Assembly: GCA_030390025.1 (NCBI GenBank)
Contig: CM059432.1
Location: 95,916,001-95,980,000 of the forward strand
Source: Squalus acanthias
Taxonomy: Eukaryota
Direction: 5' to 3'
Length of the DNA: 64,000 bases
Below the pieces are notes generated by a model that saw only the letters and a list, made by a program, of their open reading frames with translations, was not told where the DNA came from and searched no databases. This document shows, piece after piece, positions 13,440-24,493 of the stretch; position 1 is the stretch's first letter, and each line of letters opens with the position of its first letter. The position numbers were made by a program, and so were the translations under genes.

Positions 13440-14341
13440 GGCCAGGATTTTAACTTGGAGGCAGGTAGGGAGTGGGGAGGGGGGGTGGGGGGTACGGGGG
13501 CTGGAATGCGGACAAATGGGTTTCCCTCAGGCCCTGCCGAATTTAATGGCAGGGCATAATAATTTTTTTTTATATCTGTTTCTCATCCGCAGACAGCCAG
13601 ATTGAGAGGCTGTCTGGCTGTCGGGTGGGTAGACCTGGGGAGCAGACTCGGGGGGAGGATTGGAGGCCTCGGGCGGAAGATCGGAGGCCTTGGGGGGCAG
13701 ATCAGAGGCTGGGGGGAATCGGAAGAAGATGGGAAGGCTGGGATCGTCATCGGAAGGCTGGGATCTTCAGAGGTGGTCGAAGGCCGAGATCATTGGAGGG
13801 GGTCAGGGGCTGGGGGCCGGGATCGTTGAGGGGGATGGCGCTGAAAGCGATCGGAGGCTAGTGGTGGGGGGAATTAGAGGCTGGGAGGGGTGGTATTGGA
13901 GGCCTTGGGGAGATCATAGGCCTCGGGGGGGGGGCAGATCGGAGGTCGGGTTGGGGGGATCGGAAGACACGGGGGCAAGATCGGAGGCCTCGGGGGGAAG
14001 ATCGGAGGCATCAGGTGGAAGATCGTAAGGGTCAGGGGGTGCAATCGCGGGGGATTGGTGAGGCAGGAACGCTGGATCCAGTTAACTCCCAAGGCCTGGG
14101 AAACCCACCTGCTCACAGTTAAATTTAAAATGGTGGATCACCATGAGGCATGCAACCTCATTATAATATTTAAAGTGCCAACCTGCCTCCTTGGGGCGGG
14201 TTGGCCGCCCGCCACCGTCCACCTCCATTAAAACCGGAAGTGGGTGGGTTGGAGGGGGGTTGGGGTTAGGATTCCGTTTTGTAACACTTTAATCTCCAAC
14301 CAGACACAAACCCACCCATTTTTTAGGGTTAACATTCCCCC
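13440..14341. mobile_element. Non-autonomous Harbinger-like element with an internal G-rich GATCGGAGGC tandem array
   Basis: Imperfect TIRs GGCCAGGATTTTAAC / GTTAACATTCCCCC; degenerate repeats at ~13640-14030; interrupts the CR1. Confidence 0.65.
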
Positions 14342-14934
14342 AAAGAGCCTGCAAAGGGATATGGACGAATTGAGTGAGTGGGCAATAAGGTGGCAAATGG
14401 AGTATAATGTGGGGAAATGTGAGGTTATTCACTCTGGTAGGAAGAATAGAAAAACAGAATATTTTTTAAATGGTGAGAAACTATTAAATGTTGGTGTTCA
14501 GAGGGATTTGGGTCTTCTTGTGCAGGAAACACAGAAAGTTAGCATGCAGGTATAGTAAGCAATTAGGAAGGCAAATGGTATGTTAGCCTTTATTGCAAGG
14601 GAGTTGGAGTACAAGAGTAAGGAAGTCTTGCTACAATTGTACAGAGCTTTGATGAGACTACACCTGGAGTACTGTGCACGGTTTTGGATTCTGTACCTAA
14701 GGAAGGATATACTTGCCTTAGAAGGGGTGCAACAAAGGTTCACTAGATTGATTTCTGGGATGAGAGGGTTGTCCCATGAGGAGAGATTGAGTAGATTGGG
14801 CCTATACTCTTTGGAGTTTAGAAGAATGAGAGGTGATCTCATTGAAACATATAACATTCTGAGGGGGATTTTGACAGAGTCGATGCTGAGAGGCAGTTTC
14901 CCCTGGCTGGAGAGTCCAGAACTACAGAGGCATA

Positions 14935-15675
14935 GGCCCAAAAATTAGTGCCGCTACGCGAGAGTACGCACTGTGTACTCTCGCGTATTCTGTCTCCAAT
15001 TGCCGGTTTTCTGCACGCACTGCGCATGCGCTGAAAACCGGCACTTGGTGAATTCAAAAGGGGGCGGTTCCTAGGTGAACCGCGTGCGCGCTACAGGCTG
15101 CGTGCACGCAGTGCACTTAGTGCTTTGAACGCGCAGGTAAGCATGGAACATTTTAGACATAAAGAAAGGAGGCGTAAGACCCTCTTTTAACAAGGTAAGT
15201 AGTTAATTAAGTATTATTTTGAATTTTTTTTAACAGGTATATCTTTTTTAGAGACTTTAAAGACAGGTAAGTTTATTTTTATAACTTTTTAAAAGATTTT
15301 AAATTTTTTCAAAAATGTAATTTTTTGTTTAAAATGGTTAATTTATTTAACTATACTTATTTTATTAATGTGATTGTTTTTTTTAAATTTAATTGAGGTT
15401 TAGCTGTTCTTTTGGGGGGGTATAGATTCATAGCTTTCACAGCACTTATGTGAAAGCTATGAATGAAAGATGGTGTGCTGCCATTGGCTCTAACTGAGTC
15501 ACGTGATCCCACAGCTCGCACGAATTAACTACGCCTGTGGGATACGGAAGCCCTGCACAGCTGCTGTCCAGAACATCAAGTTCGTGCGAGCTGGGACTGA
15601 AAAAGCCAGCGCGCAGTGAGAGATCGCGGGGAAGCCTTACCCTCGCACGAAGGCTCCCTCACGAATTTTTGGGCC
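14935..15675. mobile_element. Non-autonomous Harbinger-type MITE, copy A (741 bp)
   Basis: 16-bp TIR GGCCCAAAAATT(A/C)GTG; inserted in the CR1 3' coding region; colinear with 28971-29737. Confidence 0.85.
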
Positions 15676-17207
15676 AATGTCTCAGGATAAGGGGTCGGCC
15701 ATTTAGGACTGAGATGAGGAGAAATCTCTTCACTCAGAGGGTTGTGAATCTTTGGAATTCTCTACCCCAAAGGGCTGTGGATGCTGAGTCATTGAGTATA
15801 TTCAAGGCTGAGATCAATAGATTTTTGGACTCTAAGAGAATCAAGGGATATCGGGATAGGGCGGGAAAGTGTAGTTGAAGGAGAAATCAGCCATGATCTT
15901 ATTGAATAGCGAAGCAGCTCGAATGGCTGTATGGCCTACTCCTGCTCCTATTTCTTATGTTCTTATGTTCTCGACCTGTCTGCAGCCTTTGACACGTTTG
16001 ACCACACCTCCTCCAATGCCACTCCACCATCGTCTAGCTGGGTGGGTCTGCACTCGCCTGGCTCCATTCTTTTCTATCCAGTCGTAGCCAGAGAATCACC
16101 TGCAGTGGCTTCTCTTCCCACTTCCGCACGTTACCTCTGGAGTCCCCCAAGGATCTATCCTTGGCCCCCTCCTATTTCTCATCTACATGCTGCCCCTCGG
16201 CGACATCATCTGAAAACACAGCGTCAGTTTCCACATGTATGCTGACGAAACCCAGCCCTACCTCACCACCAAATCTCTCGACCCCTCTAATGTCTCTAAA
16301 TCGTCAGACTGCTTGTCCGACATCCAGTAATGAATGAGCAGAAAATTTCTCCAACTAAATATTGGGAAGCCCGAAACTATTGTCTTCGGTCTCCGCACAA
16401 ACTCTGTTCCCTAGGTACTGACTCCATCCCTCTCCCTGACAACTGTCAGAGGCTGTACTACACTGTTCGCAATATTGGTGTCATTTTGACCCCAAAATGA
16501 GCTTCCGACCACATGTCCGCAGCATAACTAAGACTGCCTATTTCCACCTCTGTAATATCGCCCGTCTCTGCCCCTGTCTCAGCTCATCTGCTGCTAAAAC
16601 CCTCATCCGTGCCTTTGTTAACTCTAGACTTGACTATTCCAATGCACTCCTGGCCGGCCTCCCACATTCTACTCTCCGTAAACTTGAGGTGATCCAAAAC
16701 TCTGCTGCCCGTGTCCTAACTCGCACCAAGTCCCGTTCACCCATCACCCCTGTGCTCGCTGACCTACATTGGCTCCCAGTTAAGCAACGCCTCAATTTTA
16801 AAATTCTCATCCTTGTTTTCAAATCCCTCCCTGGCCTCGCCCCTCCCTATCTCTGTAATCTCCTCCAGTCCTACAATCCTCCAAGGTATCTGCGCTCCTC
16901 TAATTCTGCCCACTTGAGCATCCCCGATTTTAATCGCTCAGCCACTAATGGCCGTGCCTTCAGCTACCAACGCCCTAAGCTCTGGAATTACCTCCAAAAC
17001 CTCTCTGCCACTTTGACTCTCTTTCCTCCTTTTAGACGCTCCTTAAAACCTACCTGTTTCTGCCCTAATATCTCCTTATCTGGCTCGGTGTCAAATTTTG
17101 TTTGATAATGCTCTTGTGAAGCCACTTGGGACATTTTACTATGTTAAAGGCATTATATAAATACAAGTTGTTGTTGTTGTTGTTGTTGTTGTGAAAACTG
17201 AAACAAA

Positions 17208-18869
17208 GGGCTGGATTTTCCGGGGAGTCAGCGGGAGCGATCGGTGGCAGGTTGGGGGGGAAAGTGGGTCAGGACCCCGCTGTGAACCCGCCACCATGCC
17301 TCTCCCCGATGTCAGGTCTGTCAGCGCTGAGCAGACCCGACACACAGCGGCGGGGGACCCAATTCAGGTCATTATGACTTTGTTTAGAGATGATAAAGAA
17401 CACATTTGAGCTCATCTTTTGATTTTACGTGCTCGCCCACTGGGTCCTCGCTGCTCGGGGATCATGTCTGTTAAGCTGAGGCAGGAGTTTGTGGCCATTG
17501 AATCAGCTGTTGAGTTGACAGCTTCAAATGTAAAGTAAAAGCTCCCACCTTACAGAGATATCTTCCCTTAGCCACAAGCTCTTCCTCACTGCATTTCCAC
17601 AACAGATTCACCATGCTGCACGTCTTCGCACAAGTTTCCATCCAGTCTGACCTCATTACCTCTCTCACCATTGACAGATTGCTTCTGTCATCTCTACTTC
17701 ACCTGCCATCTATTCCATCAGCATGGGTGCCCTTTATACTCTCTCACCTTGGTCCTCAGAATTCCGCCACGATCAGCTCCAACTCCAGAAGCACCAGGCA
17801 CACCAGCAACAACAACACCAACCTTCTCCACAATCAACTGATGCTGCATAGGACACATGGCATCAGCACCCGAGCACATTGCTACCTGCGAGGCCAGGGA
17901 TGGCCACACCATGGCCAGATTTACTTCATTTGACGCTGGCTGCCACATTATGCGCCAGGTTGGTACCACCCCACACCAATACCATAAAGCATCCCTACAA
18001 TGCCCAAGCCATTCCTTTCACACTCATCACCATTGCAGGGGGTACCGTTATGTCTCACCATTCACTGCAACTCACTAAGCTACTTCCAAAGGTGCACACA
18101 AATCTGTCCAAGAATGCAAAGTATTGACAATAAAGGTTTCAATGTTTAACAGCACATTAACAGAAACTTTGCATGAACATTGCATAAAACACCCAAGTGC
18201 CTACCCTTGTGTGTTGTTAGTTGGTATGATTGCACTAGGATGGGGGTGAGAGTGAGGGGTGGCTAGTGAGATGGGGAAGTGATAATGTAGATAGAGAGGG
18301 ATGGGTGGAGGTGCAAGGTAAGTTGGTGTAAGGATGTGCAGGAGTAGGGTAGGGAAGGCAGAGTGATGGGGATGTGATGAGAGGCACAACAGGATGAGGT
18401 TGAGTGTGGCTTTGTACTAACGTTTCGTGATCTACTGAGATCATGGAAACATTTGCAGCACTGCACCCAGGTCCTCCTGACCACATCCCTGCTTGTGCCC
18501 TCCTCTGCAATGTGCAACCAGGCTATGTTGATCTCCTGGGAAGGTCTCTTCTGCCCAAGGGAAGGGAAGAGGACCTCCCTGCGTGCTGTGACTTCTGTGC
18601 AGTGATTCTCAATGCTGCAGAACACTGACAGCTCAAATGTCAAAATAAAATTGGCCATGGTCCCTTTAAGGAAACCGACTGATGACGTGTTATCAAATGA
18701 CATCACGAGACCTGCTTCCTCTAATTAGCCGGCAAATGCGCTGGGTGGACTTAACAAGCCCAATCAAGTTAAATTCATTTCAGAGGCCGGGATGGAGACA
18801 GCAGCGGGGTCAGGACCCGCCACCGACATCGCCCTCCATGGACCCGCTGAGGTCAGCAAAATCGCGGCC
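17208..18869. mobile_element. Internally deleted Harbinger transposon
   Basis: Termini GGGCTGGATTTT / AAAATCGCGGCC with AAA on both flanks. HARBI1 5' remnant on + (~17720-17900); Myb/SANT remnant on - (AWLHIAEE...RRTWVQCCKCFHDL). Confidence 0.7.
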
Positions 18870-18986
18870 AAAGTAATTATTCAACAAGTCTGTCATTTCC
18901 TCATTTTCATGTGCAATATTACCCGCATTTGTTTTAAAGGGCCCACATTACCCTTGACTACCCTTTCTCTTCTAATATAATTGTAA

Positions 18987-21900
18987 TGTTGAGGCTGCCG
19001 CGAAACACGAATTAAGCTGAATCCATTTGTGTTAAACAAGAGACTTTTTAATCACCGCATGGCCCAAAATGGCAGACTGAAAAAGCCCCCAGAATTCTCT
19101 GGGTAAAAGCTGAGGCCCCGCCCCCTTCTGCCTTAAAGGTAAGGTGCCTTAAAGGGAAGGGCTGGAAATTTGTCCACAGACGGGAAGAGTGGATTATGCC
19201 CGTTTTAGGTGGCAATCCGCCACACAGCTCCCCCCAGAATCCGCTTAGGAGGTGTGGACGAGACGGTGCGGCGGTCTGATGGGCCGGCCGGAGCGGCTCT
19301 TGTAGGACGCCGGTGGATGTGGAACGGCCGGGCGACGAGCAGCCGGGTGAACCGGCTTGAGGACAGGTCGGCCGCGTGGAGGTGGATGAGCTACAGGGAC
19401 CTGCTCACCTGGCTCCGAGTGTGCTGGCTTGAGTCGGTCAACGGACACTTTTTCGGTCCTGTCGCCCACTTGCAGGGTAAAAAATTTGTCCCCAGCCTGT
19501 AGCACCTTGTAGGGCCCGTTGTATGGGGGGAGAAGGGGTCCGCGGTGGGTGTCGTGCCGGATGAAAACAAACCGTGCCTGGTGCAGGCTTAGTGGGACGT
19601 GTGCGGTGGATTCGCAATGTCGGGCAATGGGCACCGGGGCGAACTGCAGCGCCGGTGAGGCGAAGTCGTGGCGTTGCTGGTCGGCTGACCAGGGTGTCAT
19701 GGCGGTGGGCAGGAACTCGGCGGGTACGCGCAGCGGCTGACCGTACACGAGCTCTGCTGCCGATGCGTGGAGGTCTTCTTTAACCGCGGTGCGCAGGCCG
19801 AGGAGGACCCACGGAAGTCGGTCGGTCCAGGCGCCGTCTTGGAGGCTGGCTCGAAGAGATGCCTTCAAGGATCTGTGGAACCGCTCACACAGTCCGTTGG
19901 CTTGGGGGTGGTACGCTGTGGTGCGGTGAATGGTCACCCCGAGATTGCGTGCGACGGCGGTCCAGAGTTCAGAGGTAAATTGCGGACCTCTGTCCGACGT
20001 CATGTCAGAGGGGACGCCGAACCGTGCGACCCAAGTGCTGACGAAGGCTCTGGCGATGTCGGCGGTGGTGGTAGAGGTCAGTGGAATTGCCTCAAGCCAG
20101 CGTGTGGTGCGGTCAACGATGGTCAGCAAGTGCATGTGGCCTTGCGATGGCGGCAGGGGCCCGACGATGTCCACGTGGATGTGGTCGAATCTCCGCGAGG
20201 GGACGGTAAACTCCTTGAGGGGTGCTTTCGTGTGTTGCTGTACCTTGGCCCGTTGGCAGGCTAGGCAGGAGTTGGCCCAAGTACGCACATCCTTGCGAAG
20301 GCCACGCCAGACGAAGCGGTTGGCTACCAATTTGATGGATGCGCGGGCGCCGGGGTGGGAGAGGTTGTGGAGAATGTCGAATACCCGGCGGCGCCAGGAT
20401 GCTGGGACGACGGGCCGAGGTTGACATAGGGATATGTCGCACTTGACCGTGACTGCGGTCGGGCCACAGGCGACGTCGGCCAGGTGTAGCCCTGGTAAGT
20501 TGGTAGGTGCGGAGAGCAGATCAGGGTCGGTGATCTGGTCTGCTGCGAGTTGAGCGTAGTCGACTGCTAGGTGTGTGGCTTGGATGGCGGGGCGGGAGAG
20601 GCAGTCGGCTACCACATTGTCTCGGCCGGAGACGTGTTGGATGTCCGTGGTGAACTCGGACACTGCCGCGAGCTGGCGCTGCTGCCTGGCGGACCAGGGG
20701 TCGGTTGTCTTTGCCATTGCGAATGTCAGGGGCTTGTGGTCGACAAATGCAGTGAAGGGGTGGCCCTCAAGCAAAAACCGGAAATGGCGGACTGCCAGGA
20801 ACAGCGCGAAGAGCTCGCGGTCGAAGGTGCTGTACTTGACCTCCGGGGGGCGTAGTTGGCGGATGAAGAAGGCAACTGGTTGCCAGGCGCCGTCGACCCA
20901 CTGTTCATACACGGTGCTGACCGCGTGGTCGGAGGCGTCCGTGGTGAGCGCTACCCTGGCATTGAGCCGTGGGTGCGCGAGCAGGGTGGCGTTGGCGAGC
21001 GCGGTCTTGGTGGAATCATGGCGGCGGACGCGTCTGCCGTCCATTCGACCGCCATCTTGCCGCTCCTGCCCCGGAGGGCTTCATACAGGGGCCTCATGAG
21101 GGACGCCGCTTTGGGGATGAATTCACCATCCCGAGGAACTCCTGGAGTCCTTTGATGGTGGTGGGGCGGGGAAATTGTTGGACGGCCTGCACCTTGGTGG
21201 GCAGGGGAATGGCCCCAGCATGGGTGATGTGGTGGCCGAGGAAGTCGATCTTGTCCAGGCCGAACTGGCATTTGGCTGGGCTGAGGATGAGCCCGTGGTC
21301 GCTGAGGCGCCCGAACAGGATGCGAAGGTGTTCAAGGTGTTCCTGCTTGGAGGAACTGGCTACCAGGATGTCGTCCAGGTAGACGAACAGGAACTTCAGG
21401 TCCCGAAGGACCGAGTCCATGAGCCGTTGGAATGCCTGGGCCGCGTTTTTGAGGCCGAAGGGCATCCGCAGGAACTCGAACAGGCCGAAGGGGGTGATTA
21501 CGGCCGTCTTGGGGACATCCGCGGGGTGGACGGGGACTTGGTGGTAGCCGCGCACCAGGTCGACCTTGGAAAAGACTGAGCGGCCGGCCAGTCTAACCGA
21601 GAAGTCCTGAATGTGCGGCACGGTGTACCGATCAGGGGTGGTAGCGTCATTGAGGCGGCGATAATCCCCGCAGGGGCGCCAACCTCCACCTGGTTTGGGG
21701 GCGATGTGGAGTGGGGAGGCCCAGGGACTGTTGGAGCGGCGGATGATGCCGAGCTGTTCCATGGTGGCAAACTCGGTCCACGCAATCTCCAGTTTGGCCG
21801 GGTCCAGCCTGCGGGCGTGGGCATACACTGGGGGGCCTGTGGTGGGGATGAAGTGTTCCACCCCGTGTTTGGCAGCCTCCGCGGAGAAGGATGGATTGGT

Positions 21901-23327
21901 AAGGGCCAGGAATTCGGCCAGGAGTGCCGAGTAGTCATCCGTGGCCCGGGCGTGGCACTGTGACGCCATGTCGGCGGGTTGACGGGGGGCCATGGCGCCC
22001 AGGATGGGGGACATGGTGTTCATGTCCACGAGGCGGTGACGAGGGATGTCTACCAGTAGGCCGTGGGCGCACAGGAAATCTGCGCCGATGAGGGGGGAGA
22101 GCACCTTGGCAGTGATGAACTCCCATCGGTAGCGGTGACCAGCGAGGTCGCGGGTGACTGTCCGGGTGCCATACGTCCGGATTTCCGAGCCGTTAGCAGC
22201 AGCCAGCGCCGGTCCTCGTTCGCCCTTTTGGATGTCGAGGGAGGAGGCCAGGATGATGCTGTGCTGAGCTGAGCCCCAGTGTCACACAGGAACCGGCGGA
22301 CGGTTTTGTCATCCGTGACGAACAGCAGGGAGCCCGCGTGGCCCACGGCCATCACGGGGGCTGGAACGGGGGCGGACTTGAAAGAGCAGGGAGGGGTGCA
22401 CCGTTGTGCCCTGGCGCCGAACCGTGCGTGGTAGTAACAGTGGCCCGGGTTAGTGGGGCGTGAAGGCCCATTGGGCCTGGTGACAGGCCCTTGTAGCCGT
22501 GTGCTGGATGGTGAGGGGCGCGCCCAGGCATTGGCTGCCAGGTCCGGAGTGACGTCGCGGCTGGAGTGAGCGGACAGCAGCTTGTCGGCCTCATCGGCCA
22601 GGGCTTCCAGGTTCGTGAGGCCGGACGCCACGATCGCTGGGCGGATGCTGAGAGGGAGCTGGCGGATGAACAGCGTGTGGAAGAGCGATCCGGGTGGGCT
22701 CTCGTCGGTGAGGGAGAGCATGTGGGAGAGGAGGTCTGACGGTGAGGCATCACCGAGGCCTGGAAGGTCGAGGAGGTGGCAGTTTCGCTGATATGCCGAG
22801 GCCGTAAATTTTTTAAGGAGCGCTGTCCTGAGATGTGCGTACTTGCCTTCCTCTGGTGGGTTCTGCAGCGTTGTCCAAACCTTGGAAACTGCGGCGCTAC
22901 CGAGTGATGTGACGCGATAGTCGTACTTCGTCCCATCTGTGGTGATATTTCGCAGCCGGAAGCGAGATTCAGCTTGGAGAAACCAGGCTTCGGGCTGGTT
23001 TTCCCAAAACTCCGGCAGTTTCACGGAAACTGCGTTCGTGTCCACCATTGCAGTGCTCGGAATACGTTCTGAGCGTCGGGGTCACCAATGTTGAGGCTGC
23101 CGCGAAACACGAATTAAGGCTGAATCCATTTGTGTTAAACAAGAGACTTTTTAATCACCGCATGGCCCAAAATGGCAGACTGAAAAAGCCCCCAGAATTC
23201 TCTGGGTAAAACCTGAGGCCCCGCCCCTTCTGCCTTAAAGGTAAGGTGCCTTAAAGGGAAGGGGCTGGAAATTTGTCCACAGACGGGAAGAGTGGATTAT
23301 GCCCGTTTTAGGTGGCGATCCGCCACT
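18987..23327 (-). mobile_element. Full-length Gypsy LTR retrotransposon, CsRn1 lineage, copy 1 (frameshifted)
   Basis: LTRs 18987-19224 and 23089-23327 (one terminal base mutated); TSD GTAA; PBS TGGTGACCCCGACG (tRNA-Trp); PPT GGGGGGAGCTG. Confidence 0.95.
19245..23048 (-). pseudogene. gag-pol of Gypsy copy 1 (gag, protease, RT, RNase H, integrase)
   Basis: CYYH-X9-C-X3-C, DTGA, YLDD, TDAS, integrase HVDIVGP/SDRG/GLCERFH and GPY; broken into three ORFs. Confidence 0.92.
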
Positions 23328-24493
23328 GTAAAAACTTTTTGTGTTGATCTTGATATCCCTTGCAAGTTTCTTTTCGTATTCCTTTTTGCAGCTCTTACTA
23401 TCTTTTTTGTCTTTCTTTGCTTTTCTTTATATCTTTCTTTGTATGCTCCTTCGGGGTATATACTCTTCCTGTATTAAGCTAAATTCTATTTCGAAAAGCT
23501 CACACTGTTCAGCTGTAGTTTTACCCGATAACAGTTTTGACTTTGTCTGTTGTCGTCAGTCTCTGTTTCATCCCGTTAAAGTTAGCCTTACCAAAATCTA
23601 GAATCTTAATAACTGTGTTACGCTTTTCTTTTGAAACCTAACATTGAATTCGATCATATTATGATCACTATTAGATAAATGTCCTTTTACTATTATTATT
23701 AAGTAAGTCTGGCTAATTACCAAATCTAATATGGCCTGCCCCCTTGTTGGTTCTGGAACAGATTGGACCAGAAAACTATCTTGAATGCACTCAAAAAAAT
23801 CACTATTTTACTTACCTCTCAACCCAGTTTCTACCCAATTTGGTATCGGGATCTGAAACAACCATTAGGCCCCTGATTATGCTTAGCCTATATATCTCAC
23901 CCAATCTTAAATAGCATTTGGGTGTAGACCAGGTGTGGGAGATCGCAGGCTGATTTGGTAAGTTTTCCCTCATTTTATGCCTGAAAAATGGGTGAAACAA
24001 GGTTGAATTTCTCTCTTTCTCCCCGCCCCGCTGTGTCTTTTTAAGAGTTTGTCAAGAGAAGCCAGAAGATTCATTTTAAAAACAGTCAACCCAACATGTA
24101 TGTAATGCAAATTTGCTGATTATGTTGGCTGGCATTTCATCTATTTGTTACTTTGTATCATTTTAAATCTGGACAGTAGTTCAGCCTGTCTAAAGTGGTT
24201 TAGTGGTGTGGTGCCTTCTGGCATTCAAAGTGATAGGAGATGTAGTGGATATCTTACATGTTTGCCAGTAAGCAATTTACTGTGATTGAGATTAATGGGT
24301 AAATCTGGGCTACGCTAACCTAAATACAGCAGAGACTAAAGATGCAGGTTTCAGTTTGTTTATGGAGACTGTCTATAGCCATTTACATGGGTAAAGGCAT
24401 TTAGAAAAAAGCCAAACTGTTCAGGGAATTTAGAGGGAGAAAACTTACAAAGCCTGAAGGAAGGGAGTGATCATCATGGGCTAAGTACAACAA

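Larger units (their letters stand above)
12555..15970 (+). mobile_element. CR1 LINE carrying two Harbinger-type insertions
   Basis: KIEYESKLARNIKTD, NYRPASL, LEFRRMRGDLIETY; tail TTCTTATGTTCTTATGTTC at 15952-15970. Confidence 0.9.
11638..17191 (+). mobile_element. L2 LINE, interrupted by CR1 at ~12555-15970
   Basis: SCSLDPIPTKLL and NYLPISKLPFLSKILE. The RT motif LLVL|DLSAAFDT is split across the CR1 insertion. C-terminal ORF 16497-17105; (TTG)n tail at 17168-17191. Confidence 0.88.
18870..23810 (-). repeat. Old CR1 fragment split by the Gypsy insertion (18870-18986 and 23328-23810)
   Basis: Sequence on both sides of the TSD aligns by eye with the reverse-strand CR1 at 56500-57250. Confidence 0.6.

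Noticed and set aside
13560..14120. Gly/Arg-rich ORFs
   Set aside because: Translation of the degenerate GATCGGAGGC tandem array inside a non-autonomous transposon.
24177..24267. Possible exon between the head-to-head Gypsy elements
   Set aside because: Weak acceptor and an unrecognisable 30-aa frame; compatible with chance.
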